Source: an uncultured Actinomycetes bacterium
GTDB taxonomy: Bacteria > Actinomycetota > Thermoleophilia > Gaiellales > Gaiellaceae
Reading direction: 5' to 3'
Assembly: GCA_963725965.1 (NCBI GenBank)
Contig: CAVSAK010000009.1
Span: 78,290 to 142,289, forward strand
Length of the DNA stretch: 64,000 nt
Shown here: piece after piece, positions 43,916 to 53,285 of the stretch
How the letters are laid out: every line of letters begins with the position of its first letter
Position numbering within the stretch: the first letter of the stretch is position 1
Position numbers and translations under genes: made by a program
Notes under the pieces: generated by a model
What the model was told of the DNA's origin: nothing
Databases searched by the model: none
The model's input: only the letters and a program-made list of their open reading frames with translations

Positions 43916-46876
43916 GTGCGCCGGTCGCGGCATGCTCCGTTCGTGGCTACAGCATCGAGGCCAAGCCTGACCCTGCTCGGAGGCTTCGCGGCCGAGGTGG
44001 CCGGCGAGCCGGTTCCTGACTCCGCCTGGCGGCTTCGTAAGGCGAGGGAACTCGTGAAGCTGCTCGCGCTCGCCGACGGGCTCCGCCTGCATCGAGAGCA
44101 GGCGATGGATGCGCTCTGGCCGGACCGCGACCCGGCATCGGCGGCGAACAACCTCAACCAGGCCGTCCACGCGGCGCGGCGCGCACTCGGGCCGGACGCG
44201 ATCACCCTGCTCGACGGGCTGCTCCGGCTCGAGGCCGAAGTGGACGTCGAGCTCTTCGAGCGTGCCGCGGCGGATGCACGACGCGAGGCAACCGCGGCGG
44301 CGTGCGTTCGCGCGCTCTCCCTCTACGGCGGCGAGTTGCTGCCCGAGAATCGCTACGACGACTGGGCGTCACCCGATCGCGAGCGGTTGGCCGACCTCCA
44401 CGCGGAGCTCGAGCAGCTCCTGTCCGAGCTCGGTGGCGCACCCCAGGTGATGCGCACATTGCCGGTCGAGACCTCGACCTTCGTCGGCCGGGGCCACGAG
44501 CTCGGGGAGCTGGCCGCCTCGCTGGCGCACACGCGGCTGCTGACGCTCACCGGCGTCGGCGGCGTGGGCAAGACACGGCTTGCAGTCGAGCTCGGCCGAC
44601 GTCGGGAAGGCGGGTACGCCGACGGCGCGGTGCTCGTGGAGCTCGACTCGCTCGACGACCCTGGCCTCGTCCCCGGCGCCGTCGCCGAGGCGCTCGATCT
44701 ACAGGCCTTGCGGGCCGAAGCGGTGATCGACGCCCTCCGTGCCGAGCTCGAGCCGCTCGAGCTGCTGCTCGTGCTCGACAACTGCGAGCACCTGGTCGGG
44801 GCCGCGGCGGCGCTCGTCGACTCCCTGCTCCGCGCCGCGCCGAGGCTGACAGTCCTTGCCACGAGCCGCGAGCCGCTGCGCGTTCCCGCGGAGGTCGTCT
44901 TCCGCGTCCCCTCGCTCGGTATCCCCGACCCGGACCGCGCACAGGAGCCCGAGGCGCTGCTCGGCTACGAGGCCGTGAGGCTGTTCGTCGAGCGTGCGGG
45001 AGCGGTCGCGCCCAGCTTCGCGCTCGACTCCGAGACGGCGCCGGCGGTCGCCCGGATCTGCCATCGCCTCGACGGCCTCCCCCTCGCCCTCGAGCTCGCG
45101 GCTGCGCGAGTGGACGCGCTGACGCCGGACGCCCTCGCCGACCGCCTCGACGACCGCTTTCGTCTGCTGCGCGCGGGGAGCCGGACGGCCCCGACCCGGC
45201 AGCAGACGCTCGAGGCGACGCTCGACTGGAGCCACGACCTGCTCTCCGCCGAGGAACGCACGTTGCTCCGCCGCCTCACGATCTTTTCGGGCGGGTTCTC
45301 GCTCGAGGCCGCCGAGGAGGTCTGTGCCGGCGACGGCATCGAGACCGTGGAGATCGCGCTCCTGCTCGCCGACCTGGTCGAGAAGTCGCTCGTGTCGAGC
45401 GAGGATCGCGACGGGCCCCGGCGCTACCGGCTCCTCGAGACGATCCGGAGCTACGCCGCAAGTCGGCTCGACGCGTCCGGCGAGCGCTCTGCGCTCGCAG
45501 CACGGCAGGCGTCCTGGCTCGTGCGGTTCGTGAGTGGCCTCGACCAGCGGCTGACCGGCCTCGAGGCCGAGCAGGGCAACCTCCGGGTCGCGCTCGAGAC
45601 GCTGATCGCGACGGACCCGGAGGAAGCGCTCCGGCTGAGCGCCCGCGTGTGGCCCTTCTGGCTCCGTCGCATCGAGCTGCCGGAGGCTCGTCACTGGCTG
45701 GGCGAGTCGCTCGAGCGTGCGCCGGCCGTGTCTGCGGAGCGCATCGAGGCGCTCCTGGGCTACGCCGCGATCGAGTTCCGCGCGGGGGATCGGGGCTTCG
45801 GCCTCGCCGGGATCGAGGAGGCCTTGTCGCTCGCCCGGAAACTCGGCGAACCAGCACTCGAGTGGCGCACCGTGCACTTCCGCGCGGCGGTGGACATCGC
45901 GGCCGACGACGGCGTGCGGGCCGCGGGCTACTACGAGCCCGCGCTCGCCCTCGCCCGCGAGCACGGTCTCGCGGCTGCGGAGGCAGTCAGCGCGTACTCG
46001 CTCGGTGCGGCAGCGTGGGTGGCCGGCGACGTCGCCGAGGCGGAACGGCGCTGCGTTGAGAGCTTCGCGCTCTTCGGCGCGCTCGCGGACTCTGAGGAGC
46101 CGGTGCCGGCTCTCGTCAACGTCGCCGAGATGGTCGAGCCGGATCCCGCCGCGCCCGGACTACGGCTCGCCTTCGAGGACACGCTCCAACCGTTCGGCGG
46201 GATCTCCTGTGCCGTTGCGGCCGGATACGTCCTGATCAACTGGGCGAACGTCGTCCGCTCGGCGGGCGACGATCGGCAGGCACGCTCGCTGCTCGCAGAC
46301 GGGCTCGCGCATTTCGAGCGGGTCGGAAGCGATCAGGGGCGTGCGGATGCCTGGGCGCGGCTCGCCAACGTCGAGCTCGGGGAGGGGCGCCTTGACCTCG
46401 CGGCAGAGCTCTTCGAGCAGGCCCGGCGCCTGCGGGAAGAGCTGGGTGACCGCCGCGGCGGCGCGCTCGCGCTCGTCGGGCTCGGGCAGGTGGCGACCCG
46501 ACGCGGCGAGGACACGCGGGCCGCCGACCTGTTCGACGCCGCTCTCGTCACCTTCCGCCGCGCCGGCGACCGCTGGGGGCTCGCCTCGACCCTATGGCGG
46601 ATCGCCGATCTCGAGCGCGCTCGCGACCGTCCGGCGGCCGCGGAGGAGCGACTCGAGGAGGCTCTCGCCGTCGTCGGGGTGACGCGCAGGGTGCGCTGGC
46701 AGGCCGTCACCTGCGCCAACCTCGCCGAGCTCGCGCTCGCACGCGGCGACGAGGCGCGGGCTCGAGAGCTGCTCGAACGTGCACTCGCCGGCTTCGAGAC
46801 ACGTGGCGACACACGCTGGGCGGAGCACGTTCGCGAGCGTCTGAACGCCGCAAATGCGGCGCAAATCGGGCGCTAA
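43916..46876 (+). CDS. SARP/AfsR-like STAND regulator (wHTH plus BTAD, P-loop NTPase, TPR-like C-terminal region)
   Basis: LTLLGGFAAEVAGEPV...KARELVKLLAL...REQAMDALWPD (SARP DNA-binding), BTAD-like YGGELLPENRYDDWA, Walker A LTGVGGVGKTRLA, LVLDNCEH, and a long helical repeat region. Confidence 0.8.
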   Translation: MRRSRHAPFVATASRPSLTLLGGFAAEVAGEPVPDSAWRLRKARELVKLLALADGLRLHREQAMDALWPDRDPASAANNLNQAVHAARRALGPDAITLLDGLLRLEAEVDVELFERAAADARREATAAACVRALSLYGGELLPENRYDDWASPDRERLADLHAELEQLLSELGGAPQVMRTLPVETSTFVGRGHELGELAASLAHTRLLTLTGVGGVGKTRLAVELGRRREGGYADGAVLVELDSLDDPGLVPGAVAEALDLQALRAEAVIDALRAELEPLELLLVLDNCEHLVGAAAALVDSLLRAAPRLTVLATSREPLRVPAEVVFRVPSLGIPDPDRAQEPEALLGYEAVRLFVERAGAVAPSFALDSETAPAVARICHRLDGLPLALELAAARVDALTPDALADRLDDRFRLLRAGSRTAPTRQQTLEATLDWSHDLLSAEERTLLRRLTIFSGGFSLEAAEEVCAGDGIETVEIALLLADLVEKSLVSSEDRDGPRRYRLLETIRSYAASRLDASGERSALAARQASWLVRFVSGLDQRLTGLEAEQGNLRVALETLIATDPEEALRLSARVWPFWLRRIELPEARHWLGESLERAPAVSAERIEALLGYAAIEFRAGDRGFGLAGIEEALSLARKLGEPALEWRTVHFRAAVDIAADDGVRAAGYYEPALALAREHGLAAAEAVSAYSLGAAAWVAGDVAEAERRCVESFALFGALADSEEPVPALVNVAEMVEPDPAAPGLRLAFEDTLQPFGGISCAVAAGYVLINWANVVRSAGDDRQARSLLADGLAHFERVGSDQGRADAWARLANVELGEGRLDLAAELFEQARRLREELGDRRGGALALVGLGQVATRRGEDTRAADLFDAALVTFRRAGDRWGLASTLWRIADLERARDRPAAAEERLEEALAVVGVTRRVRWQAVTCANLAELALARGDEARARELLERALAGFETRGDTRWAEHVRERLNAANAAQIGR

Positions 46877-46925
46877 GTCCCTCTCGGTAGAACGGCGCGG
46901 ACATCTCCACGAGAAGGAGGAACAC

Positions 46926-48329
46926 ATGACGGAGACCCTCACGCCGGTTCTCGGCGAGGCAACGGTTCAGGAGCTGCGCGACGCCCTGCGCGGCGACTTG
47001 TTCCTGCCCGGCGACGACGGCTACGACGAGGCGAAGCGGATCTGGAACGGCGCACACGACGACCGCATGCCGGCCGCCGTGGCGCGTTGTACCGGCGTCG
47101 CCGACGTGATCGCAGCGCTCGGCTTCGCCCGCAGCCACGACCTCCCCGTGGCCGTTCGCGGCGGCGGCCACAGCGTGGCCGGGCTCTCGACCAGCGACGG
47201 AGGCATGGTGATCGACCTCTCGCAGCTCCGGACCGTCCGCGTCGACGCCGAGGCCGGGCGGGCGTTCGTAGGCGGCGGCGCGACCTGGGGCGACGTCGAC
47301 CACGAGGCCCAGCAGTTCGGCCTTGCGACGACCGGAGGGCTCGTCTCGACCACCGGTGTCGCAGGCTTCACGCTCGGCGGTGGCATCGGCTGGCTGATGC
47401 GCCGGTACGGACTCGCCTGCGACAACCTCGTCGGCGCAGACGTCGTCACGGCCGACGGACGGCTCGTGCACGCGAGAGCGGACGAGAATGCGGACCTCTT
47501 CTGGGGCCTGCGGGGAGGCGGCGGGAACTTCGGGATCGTCACCTCGTTCGAGCTCGCACTGCACCCGGTCGGCCCTGAGATCTACGCCGGGCCGATCTTC
47601 CTGCCGGGCGATGCCGCCGGCGATCTGTTGCGCTTCTACCGCGACTGGGCGCCCTCGGCACCGGACGGGATCACGACCGCGATCAGCCTCGCGACGGCGC
47701 CGCCGCTGCCGGTGATCCCGGAGGAGTGGCACGGGAAGAAGGTGGCGATCTTGATCGCCGCCTGCGCAGGACGGGTCGAGGACGGCGAGGCGCTCGTCCG
47801 CGATCTCAGGATGGTTGCGGAGCCGGTCGCCGACCTTTGCGGGCCGATGCCGTACACGTTCATCCAGTCCCTCCTCGACCCTCTTTGGCCGAAGGGGATC
47901 AATGCGTACTTCAAGGGGGCGCATCTGGCTCGGCTCTCGGACGAGACGATCGAGTCGTTCACCGAGCTGCACCAGGCGGCCCCGGGTCCGGGGTGCGAGA
48001 TCCACCTCCACCAGATGGGCGGTGCGGTTGCGCGCGTCGGTGCCGACGAGACCGCTTATCCCGAGCGGTCGATGCCGTACGTGCTGAACGTGGTGACCGG
48101 AACGCCCGAGGCCGCCGAGTTGGGGGCCAATACCGAGTGGGCGCGGGCGGTCGTCGCTTCGGCTCAGGCCGACGTCACGGGCCGGCTGTACGTGAACTTC
48201 CTCAGCGAGGCAGGCGACGCGGAGTCCGCCTACGGCGAAGACACGTACCGGAAGCTCGTCGCCCTGAAGGAGCGCTACGACCCGACGAACGTGTTCCACC
48301 TGAACCAGAACATCGCCCCGTCGGTCTGA
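46926..48329 (+). CDS. FAD-linked oxidase with a BBE-like C-terminus
   Basis: Strong SD GAAGGAGG upstream of ATG 46926. FAD_binding_4 region VAVRGGGHSVAGLS, and BBE-like end LKERYDPTNVFHLNQNI. Confidence 0.85.
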   Translation: MTETLTPVLGEATVQELRDALRGDLFLPGDDGYDEAKRIWNGAHDDRMPAAVARCTGVADVIAALGFARSHDLPVAVRGGGHSVAGLSTSDGGMVIDLSQLRTVRVDAEAGRAFVGGGATWGDVDHEAQQFGLATTGGLVSTTGVAGFTLGGGIGWLMRRYGLACDNLVGADVVTADGRLVHARADENADLFWGLRGGGGNFGIVTSFELALHPVGPEIYAGPIFLPGDAAGDLLRFYRDWAPSAPDGITTAISLATAPPLPVIPEEWHGKKVAILIAACAGRVEDGEALVRDLRMVAEPVADLCGPMPYTFIQSLLDPLWPKGINAYFKGAHLARLSDETIESFTELHQAAPGPGCEIHLHQMGGAVARVGADETAYPERSMPYVLNVVTGTPEAAELGANTEWARAVVASAQADVTGRLYVNFLSEAGDAESAYGEDTYRKLVALKERYDPTNVFHLNQNIAPSV

Positions 48330-48342
48330 CGCGGGGGAACGG

Positions 48343-48372
48343 CCGGGGTGCGAGATCGCACCCCGGTTGTTT
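48343..48372 (+). terminator. Intrinsic terminator candidate after the FAD oxidase gene
   Basis: 10-bp stem CCGGGGTGCG / CGCACCCCGG with loop AGAT, followed by TTGTTT. Confidence 0.6.
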
Positions 48373-48400
48373 CCGCTTGGCAACCGGCACACCTGCGAGG

Positions 48401-50062
48401 ATGGGCGGTGCCCGGATGAGCTCGGCCGTCGCAAGCCTTTCCGATCTCCGCCGCATCTCGCCTCGTCGCGAGTTGCTGCTCGGCGCCGCGCTGACGGCCG
48501 GGTTCGCCCTGCTCGTGCACCTGGTCGGGCCTGCGCCGGGCGACGCGCCGGTCCATCTCTACCGCACGTTTCTCGTCCGCGACGGCGCGCTCGTCTGGGA
48601 CAACTTCTGGTACGCGGGGACGTATCCGCTCGCCTCGTACAGCCTCCTCTACTACCTCCCGGCCGCTCTCGTGGGGAACCTGCCGCTCGTCTTCGCGGCC
48701 GCCGTTGCCTCGACCGTCCTCTTCGCCTCGATCGTCCTGCGGGAGTGGGGACGGGCCGCTCTCTGGCCTGCACGCGTGTTCGGCGTGCTCGCCGCCGCGC
48801 CGATGTTCACCGGCCTCTATGCGTACTCGCTCGGCTTCACGGCGATGCTGGCGACGCTCAAGCTGCTGCAGTTGCGGCGGTTGTGGCTCGCGGCTGTCGT
48901 CGCCGCGCTCACCGTCGGCTTCAGCCCACTCGCCTTCGCCTTCCTCTGTCTCGTCGTCGGGGCGTACGCCATCTCACGCCGGCAGATCGCCCAGCGCCAT
49001 GTCTGGTTCGGAGTCGGCCTCGGCGTCGCGGCGGGGATCGAGGCGCTCGCGCTCGTCCTCTTCCCGGGCGGCACCGGCGCCTACCCCTTCCACTGGATCG
49101 ACTTCGTCTCTGTTCTCTGCGTCACGGCGCTCGGCCTCCTCGTCGCAAGGAACGCTCGAGGCGCCGGACCGCTCGTCGCGTTCTATGCGCTCTGGGGGCT
49201 CGGCAGCGTGGTCGTCTACATCGTCCCCTCGCCGCTCGGGGACAACTGGACCCGGCTCAGCGCCTTCGTGTTTCCGATCATGCTCCTCACCGCGAGCCTC
49301 GCCGACTTCCGTCCGCGGCGCCTCGTCGTGCTCGCGCTCGCGGTTGCCTTCGCCTACAACGTGGTGCCGTACGCGCTGCTCGTGCCGTCGCGAATCGACA
49401 ACAACACGCAAAGCGCGAGCTTCTGGCGGCCGGCGATCCGCTTCCTCCGCGAGCACGAGCAGCCGGGATTCCGTGTCGAGGTCGTGCCGACGGCGGAGCA
49501 CTGGGAGGCGTACTTCGTTCCGAAGGCGGGCTTCCCGCTTGCGCGCGGGTGGTACCGGCAGCTCGACGTGGCTGACAACCCGGCTCTCTACGTCCACGAT
49601 CTCGACGCCCCGGCGTACCGCCACTGGCTGCGCTCGAACGCGATTCGCTATGTCCTCCTGAGCACGACCGCCCCGCTCGACTGGGACGGCGGGCCGCAGG
49701 AGGAGCGTGTCCTGCGGTCGCCAGGCTCCGGCCTCGAGGCCGTCTTCCGAAGCCGGAACTGGGCGATCTACGAGCTTCCGCACGCGACGCCGCTCTTGAC
49801 CGGTCCCGCCGATCCGGTCGTGACCTCCTTCGGCCACACGGCGATCCGCGGGCAGGTCTTCGCGCCCGGGCGTTATCTCTTGCGTGCCCACTACAGCCCG
49901 TACCTGCGCCTTTCGGGTCGAGGTTGCGTTTCGCCCGGGCCCGACAAGATGACGTTCCTCGACCTCACGCGGCCCGAGCGATTCGCGCTCAGCGTGCCGG
50001 GGACGCCCGACGGCCTCGTCCGCGAGCTCTTCGGGGACGAGGAGGCGACTTGCGGGTCGTAG
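48401..50062 (+). CDS. Polytopic membrane protein with a C-terminal extracytoplasmic domain (GT-C-like glycosyltransferase candidate)
   Basis: About 10 TM segments, then a soluble domain of about 170 aa. The overall GT-C-like layout is the only evidence; no diagnostic motif was recognised. Confidence 0.5.
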   Translation: MGGARMSSAVASLSDLRRISPRRELLLGAALTAGFALLVHLVGPAPGDAPVHLYRTFLVRDGALVWDNFWYAGTYPLASYSLLYYLPAALVGNLPLVFAAAVASTVLFASIVLREWGRAALWPARVFGVLAAAPMFTGLYAYSLGFTAMLATLKLLQLRRLWLAAVVAALTVGFSPLAFAFLCLVVGAYAISRRQIAQRHVWFGVGLGVAAGIEALALVLFPGGTGAYPFHWIDFVSVLCVTALGLLVARNARGAGPLVAFYALWGLGSVVVYIVPSPLGDNWTRLSAFVFPIMLLTASLADFRPRRLVVLALAVAFAYNVVPYALLVPSRIDNNTQSASFWRPAIRFLREHEQPGFRVEVVPTAEHWEAYFVPKAGFPLARGWYRQLDVADNPALYVHDLDAPAYRHWLRSNAIRYVLLSTTAPLDWDGGPQEERVLRSPGSGLEAVFRSRNWAIYELPHATPLLTGPADPVVTSFGHTAIRGQVFAPGRYLLRAHYSPYLRLSGRGCVSPGPDKMTFLDLTRPERFALSVPGTPDGLVRELFGDEEATCGS

Positions 50063-50080
50063 CCCGCTAGCATCCGAGAC

Positions 50081-50290
50081 GTGCCGATCTACGAGTACGT
50101 CTGCATGGAGTGCGAGTCGCATTTCGAGGAGCTCGTCCGGGGCGAGCAGCAGGTCGCTTGTCCCGACTGCGCCGCGACGAACGTGTTGCGCCAGTTCTCC
50201 TCCTTCGCGGTGCACGGCGTCACGAAGCCGGTCGCGACCGGCGGCGGTGGCGGCGGCTGCTGCGGCGGATCCTGCGGGTGCGGGCACTGA
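50081..50290 (+). CDS. FmdB-family zinc-ribbon protein with a Gly/Cys-rich tail
   Basis: MPIYEYVCMECESHFE...VACPDCAA (CxxC...CxxC). The tail is GGGGGGCCGGSCGCGH. Confidence 0.8.
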   Translation: MPIYEYVCMECESHFEELVRGEQQVACPDCAATNVLRQFSSFAVHGVTKPVATGGGGGGCCGGSCGCGH

Positions 50291-50297
50291 GGCCTTC

Positions 50298-50768
50298 GTG
50301 CCCCGGGGGGACGAAGACGGCGAGCTGCTGACCAGCGCCGCCTACGAGAGCATCGAAACGGAGCTCGCAGAGCTCGAGGGCCCGAAGCGGAAGGAAGTGG
50401 TGCAGGCGATCGCGACGGCGCGTGCGCACGGCGACCTCTCGGAGAACTTCGAGTACCACGCGGCGAAGAACGAGCAGGGACTGCTCGAGGCGCGGATCCG
50501 GGTACTGCGTCACCGGCTCCAGCACGCGACGATCCTCGACGAGGAGGCTGCCGCGGCGAGCGGCGTCGTCACCGTCGGCTCGCGCGTGGAGCTCGAGCGC
50601 GACGACGGCGAGAAGCTCGAGATCGAGATCACGGGCGTCGGCGGCGTGTCTCCCGACTCGCCCGTGGGACGGGCACTACTGGGGAAGGTCCCGGGCGACG
50701 AGATCGAGGTCGAGGCGCCGCGCGGCCGGTGGCGGGCGCGCATCGTGTCCGTCGGGCGTGCCTCGTAG
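50298..50768 (+). CDS. greA: Transcription elongation factor GreA
   Basis: HGDLSENFEYHAAKNEQ and a C-terminal SPDSPVGRALLGKVPGDEIEV. Confidence 0.9.
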   Translation: MPRGDEDGELLTSAAYESIETELAELEGPKRKEVVQAIATARAHGDLSENFEYHAAKNEQGLLEARIRVLRHRLQHATILDEEAAAASGVVTVGSRVELERDDGEKLEIEITGVGGVSPDSPVGRALLGKVPGDEIEVEAPRGRWRARIVSVGRAS

Positions 50769-50779
50769 ACTTGGAGGCG

Positions 50780-50849
50780 TGAGCGTAGGCTTGACGGAGC
50801 TCAGCAAGGAGTGGAGGCGTCGGCTTTGCCGGCGCCGGAGCGGGAAATG
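50780..50849 (+). repeat. 70-nt intergenic element, copy B (ends at the ATG of the udg gene)
   Basis: TGAGCGTAGGCTTGACGGAGCTCAGCAAGGAGTGGAGGCGTCGGCTTTGCCGGCGCCGGAGCGGGAAATG. Here the initial TGA lies 11 nt after the greA TAG stop. Confidence 0.85.
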
Positions 50850-51512
50850 AGTGCGGTGCCGGTCGCTGTGGAGACGCTCGAGGAGTACGGGGCGGCGACC
50901 GCGAGCTGCACGCGATGCCGTCTCGCGCAAGGACGGACGCAGGTCGTCTTCGGAGCCGGGAACCCGCGCGCCGACCTGATGTTCGTCGGCGAGGCGCCCG
51001 GCTTCCACGAGGACAAGCAGGGCGTCCCGTTCGTCGGTCAGGCGGGGAAGCTGCTGGAGGGGCTGCTCGCAGGTGTCGATCTCCGCCGTGAGGACGTCTA
51101 CATCGCGAACGTGCTGAAGTGCCGGCCGCCGGGGAATCGCGACCCGCAGCCAGACGAGATCGAGGCGTGCGAGCCGCACCTCTTCCGCCAGATCGAGCTG
51201 ATCGAGCCGAAGGTGATCGCGACGCTCGGCAACTTTGCGACCAAGCTCCTCTCGGGCCGCCCACTCGGCATCACCCGCGTGCACGGCCAGGAGCAGGAGC
51301 TGACGATCGCCGGCCGGAGCGTCCTCCTCTATCCGCTTTACCACCCGGCCGCCGCGCTCTATACGCCGGCGATGCTCAAGGTGCTCGAAGCCGACTTCGC
51401 CCGCCTGCCCGGGCTGCTCGGTGCCGCCGAGCCCGCGCCGCTCGCAGCTCTTCCAGAGCCTGAGCCGGAGCCTGCGGTCGAGGCTCCCGCGGAACAGCTC
51501 GGACTCTTCTAG
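50847..51512 (+). CDS. udg: Uracil-DNA glycosylase, family 4
   Basis: [38 protein letters not shown] and YHPAAAL. ATG 50847 is preferred over GTG 50811, which lies inside the repeat. Confidence 0.88.
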   Translation: MSAVPVAVETLEEYGAATASCTRCRLAQGRTQVVFGAGNPRADLMFVGEAPGFHEDKQGVPFVGQAGKLLEGLLAGVDLRREDVYIANVLKCRPPGNRDPQPDEIEACEPHLFRQIELIEPKVIATLGNFATKLLSGRPLGITRVHGQEQELTIAGRSVLLYPLYHPAAALYTPAMLKVLEADFARLPGLLGAAEPAPLAALPEPEPEPAVEAPAEQLGLF

Positions 51513-51808
51513 AGCGGTTCGTCCAGACCCTGTACCGCGACCATGTTGAGGTTCGCGGCCCCCTCGCGCAGCCGCTTCGCATCCTGATACTCGGGCGAGG
51601 CGTACCAGCGCTTCGCGGCCTCGAGGTCGGGGAACTCGAGGACGACGAGCCGCGAGGGATCCCAGTCGCCCTCGAGCACCGCGAGCTCGCCTCCGCGCAC
51701 GACGAAGCGGCCGCCCCCCGAGTGGACGGCGTCCGGCGACGCCGCCTTGTACCGGTCGTACTGCTCGGGGTCGTGGACGTCCGTCTCGACGATCACGTAG
51801 GCGGGCAT
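51509..51808 (-). CDS. DUF1330 domain protein
   Basis: 99 aa. MPAYVIVETDVHDPEQYDRYK...VVLEFPDLEAAKRWYASPEYQDAKRLR. Confidence 0.75.
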   Translation of the reverse strand: MPAYVIVETDVHDPEQYDRYKAASPDAVHSGGGRFVVRGGELAVLEGDWDPSRLVVLEFPDLEAAKRWYASPEYQDAKRLREGAANLNMVAVQGLDEPL

Positions 51809-51823
51809 GCTTGGATCGTACGC

Positions 51824-52234
51824 GTGGAGCAGCAGAGCAACTCGCCCGAGGAGACCGAGGCGCTCGCCGCGAAACTCGCGCGACGTCTGGCGACAGGCGA
51901 CGTCGTCACGGTCGCGGGTGAGCTCGGCTCCGGCAAGACGACATTCGTCCGCGGCGCGTGCGACGCCCTCGGTGTGCGCGAGCGGGTCACGAGCCCGACG
52001 TACACGATCGGCCACCGCTACCACGGCGACGGCGTCGAGATCTCGCACCTCGACCTCTACCGGTTCGAGGGTATCTCGCCGGCCGAGTGGGGGGACCTCG
52101 AGCCGTACTTTGAGGACGCCATCGCCTTCGTCGAATGGCCCGAGGCCGGGGACGGGGTGATCCCGCCGCCTCGTTTCACGGTGCGTTTGCGGCATGCTGG
52201 CGCTGGGAGAGCGGTGGAGATCGAGGAGTGCTGA
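51824..52234 (+). CDS. tsaE: tRNA t6A37 biosynthesis ATPase TsaE
   Basis: GELGSGKTTFVRG, SPTYT, and HLDLYR. Confidence 0.85.
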   Translation: MEQQSNSPEETEALAAKLARRLATGDVVTVAGELGSGKTTFVRGACDALGVRERVTSPTYTIGHRYHGDGVEISHLDLYRFEGISPAEWGDLEPYFEDAIAFVEWPEAGDGVIPPPRFTVRLRHAGAGRAVEIEEC

Positions 52235-52824
52235 CACTGGCTTTCGATACCGCGACGGCGGTCGCGACGAGTGCGCTCGTGGACGGGGACGAGGTGCTCG
52301 GTGAGCGTGTCTCGCGGGCGCAGACGCTGCTCGAGGACGTCGACGCCCTCCTGCGCCAGGCGGGCGCGCATCCGTCCGACCTCGACCGGCTCGCGGTCGG
52401 CCTCGGCCCGGGCAGCTTCACCGGCGTTCGCATCGGCCTCGCGGTCGCGCGCGGCCTCGCGCTCTCGCTCGAGCTTCCCGGCTCCGGCGTGTCGACCCTG
52501 GCGGCCCTCGCCGCCGGCGCTCCCGGCGCACGGCCCGTGATCGACGCGAAACGCCGCGAGGTCTTCACCATCGTCGGCGACGAGCCGCGTGTGCTCGCTC
52601 CGCAGGAACTGCCCCTGGACGAGGGAACGGTCTGCGTCGGCGATGGTGCGAAGCGATACCGGGCGCTGCTCGAGGGGCGCGGTGCCGACGTGCCGCCCGA
52701 CGACGACGAGCGCCACCTCCCACGCGCCCGCTTCCTCGTCGGCCTTGCCGGCGAGCCCGGATCCGTAGACGAACTCGAGCCGCTCTACCTCCGCGTTCCG
52801 GACGCCGACAGGAATCTCGGATGA
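52228..52824 (+). CDS. tsaB: tRNA t6A37 biosynthesis protein TsaB
   Basis: LAFDTAT, GPGSFTGVRIGLAVARGLA. Overlaps the tsaE stop. Confidence 0.85.
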   Translation: MLTLAFDTATAVATSALVDGDEVLGERVSRAQTLLEDVDALLRQAGAHPSDLDRLAVGLGPGSFTGVRIGLAVARGLALSLELPGSGVSTLAALAAGAPGARPVIDAKRREVFTIVGDEPRVLAPQELPLDEGTVCVGDGAKRYRALLEGRGADVPPDDDERHLPRARFLVGLAGEPGSVDELEPLYLRVPDADRNLG

Positions 52825-53285
52825 CGACGATCGAGCTGCGCCGGCTCACGCTCGGCGACCTTCTCGCGATCGAGGAGATCGAGCGCCGCTCCTACCCGAC
52901 GCCGTGGTCGCGCTCGATGTTCGCCGGCGAGCTTGCGAAGCCGAGCTCGATCTGCCTCGGCGCGTTCGAAGCCGAGGGCGAGGACGGCGCGCTCGTCGGC
53001 TACCTCATCGTCTCGCGCTACGTCGACGCATGGCACGTGATGAACGTCGCCGTCGACCCGGATCACCGCGGCCGCGGCGTCGGGACGATGCTCCTCGAGC
53101 GGCTCTTCGACCTCACGGCCCACGACGCCCGCCGCGGCTACACGCTCGAGGTTCGGGTCTCGAACCGGAAGGCGATCGGCCTCTACGAGCGGCTCGGCTT
53201 CCGCTCGCGCGGCCTGCGGCGCGGCTATTACACGGACAACCGCGAGGACGCGCTGATCATGTGGAAGGATCCGGTCGCCCGCTGA
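52821..53285 (+). CDS. rimI: Ribosomal-protein-alanine N-acetyltransferase RimI (GNAT)
   Basis: ATGA overlap. HRGRGVGTMLL and LEVRVSNRKAIGLYERLGF. Confidence 0.85.
   Translation: MTTIELRRLTLGDLLAIEEIERRSYPTPWSRSMFAGELAKPSSICLGAFEAEGEDGALVGYLIVSRYVDAWHVMNVAVDPDHRGRGVGTMLLERLFDLTAHDARRGYTLEVRVSNRKAIGLYERLGFRSRGLRRGYYTDNREDALIMWKDPVAR

Noticed and set aside
50811-50846. An N-terminal extension of the UDG protein ([12 protein letters not shown]). The analogous extension of the sulfotransferase from TTG 25596 was also considered.
   Set aside because: These codons lie inside the 70-nt repeat. In copy A the same stretch is out of frame with the downstream gene because of a 1-nt deletion. The conservation is therefore not explained by a shared protein extension.
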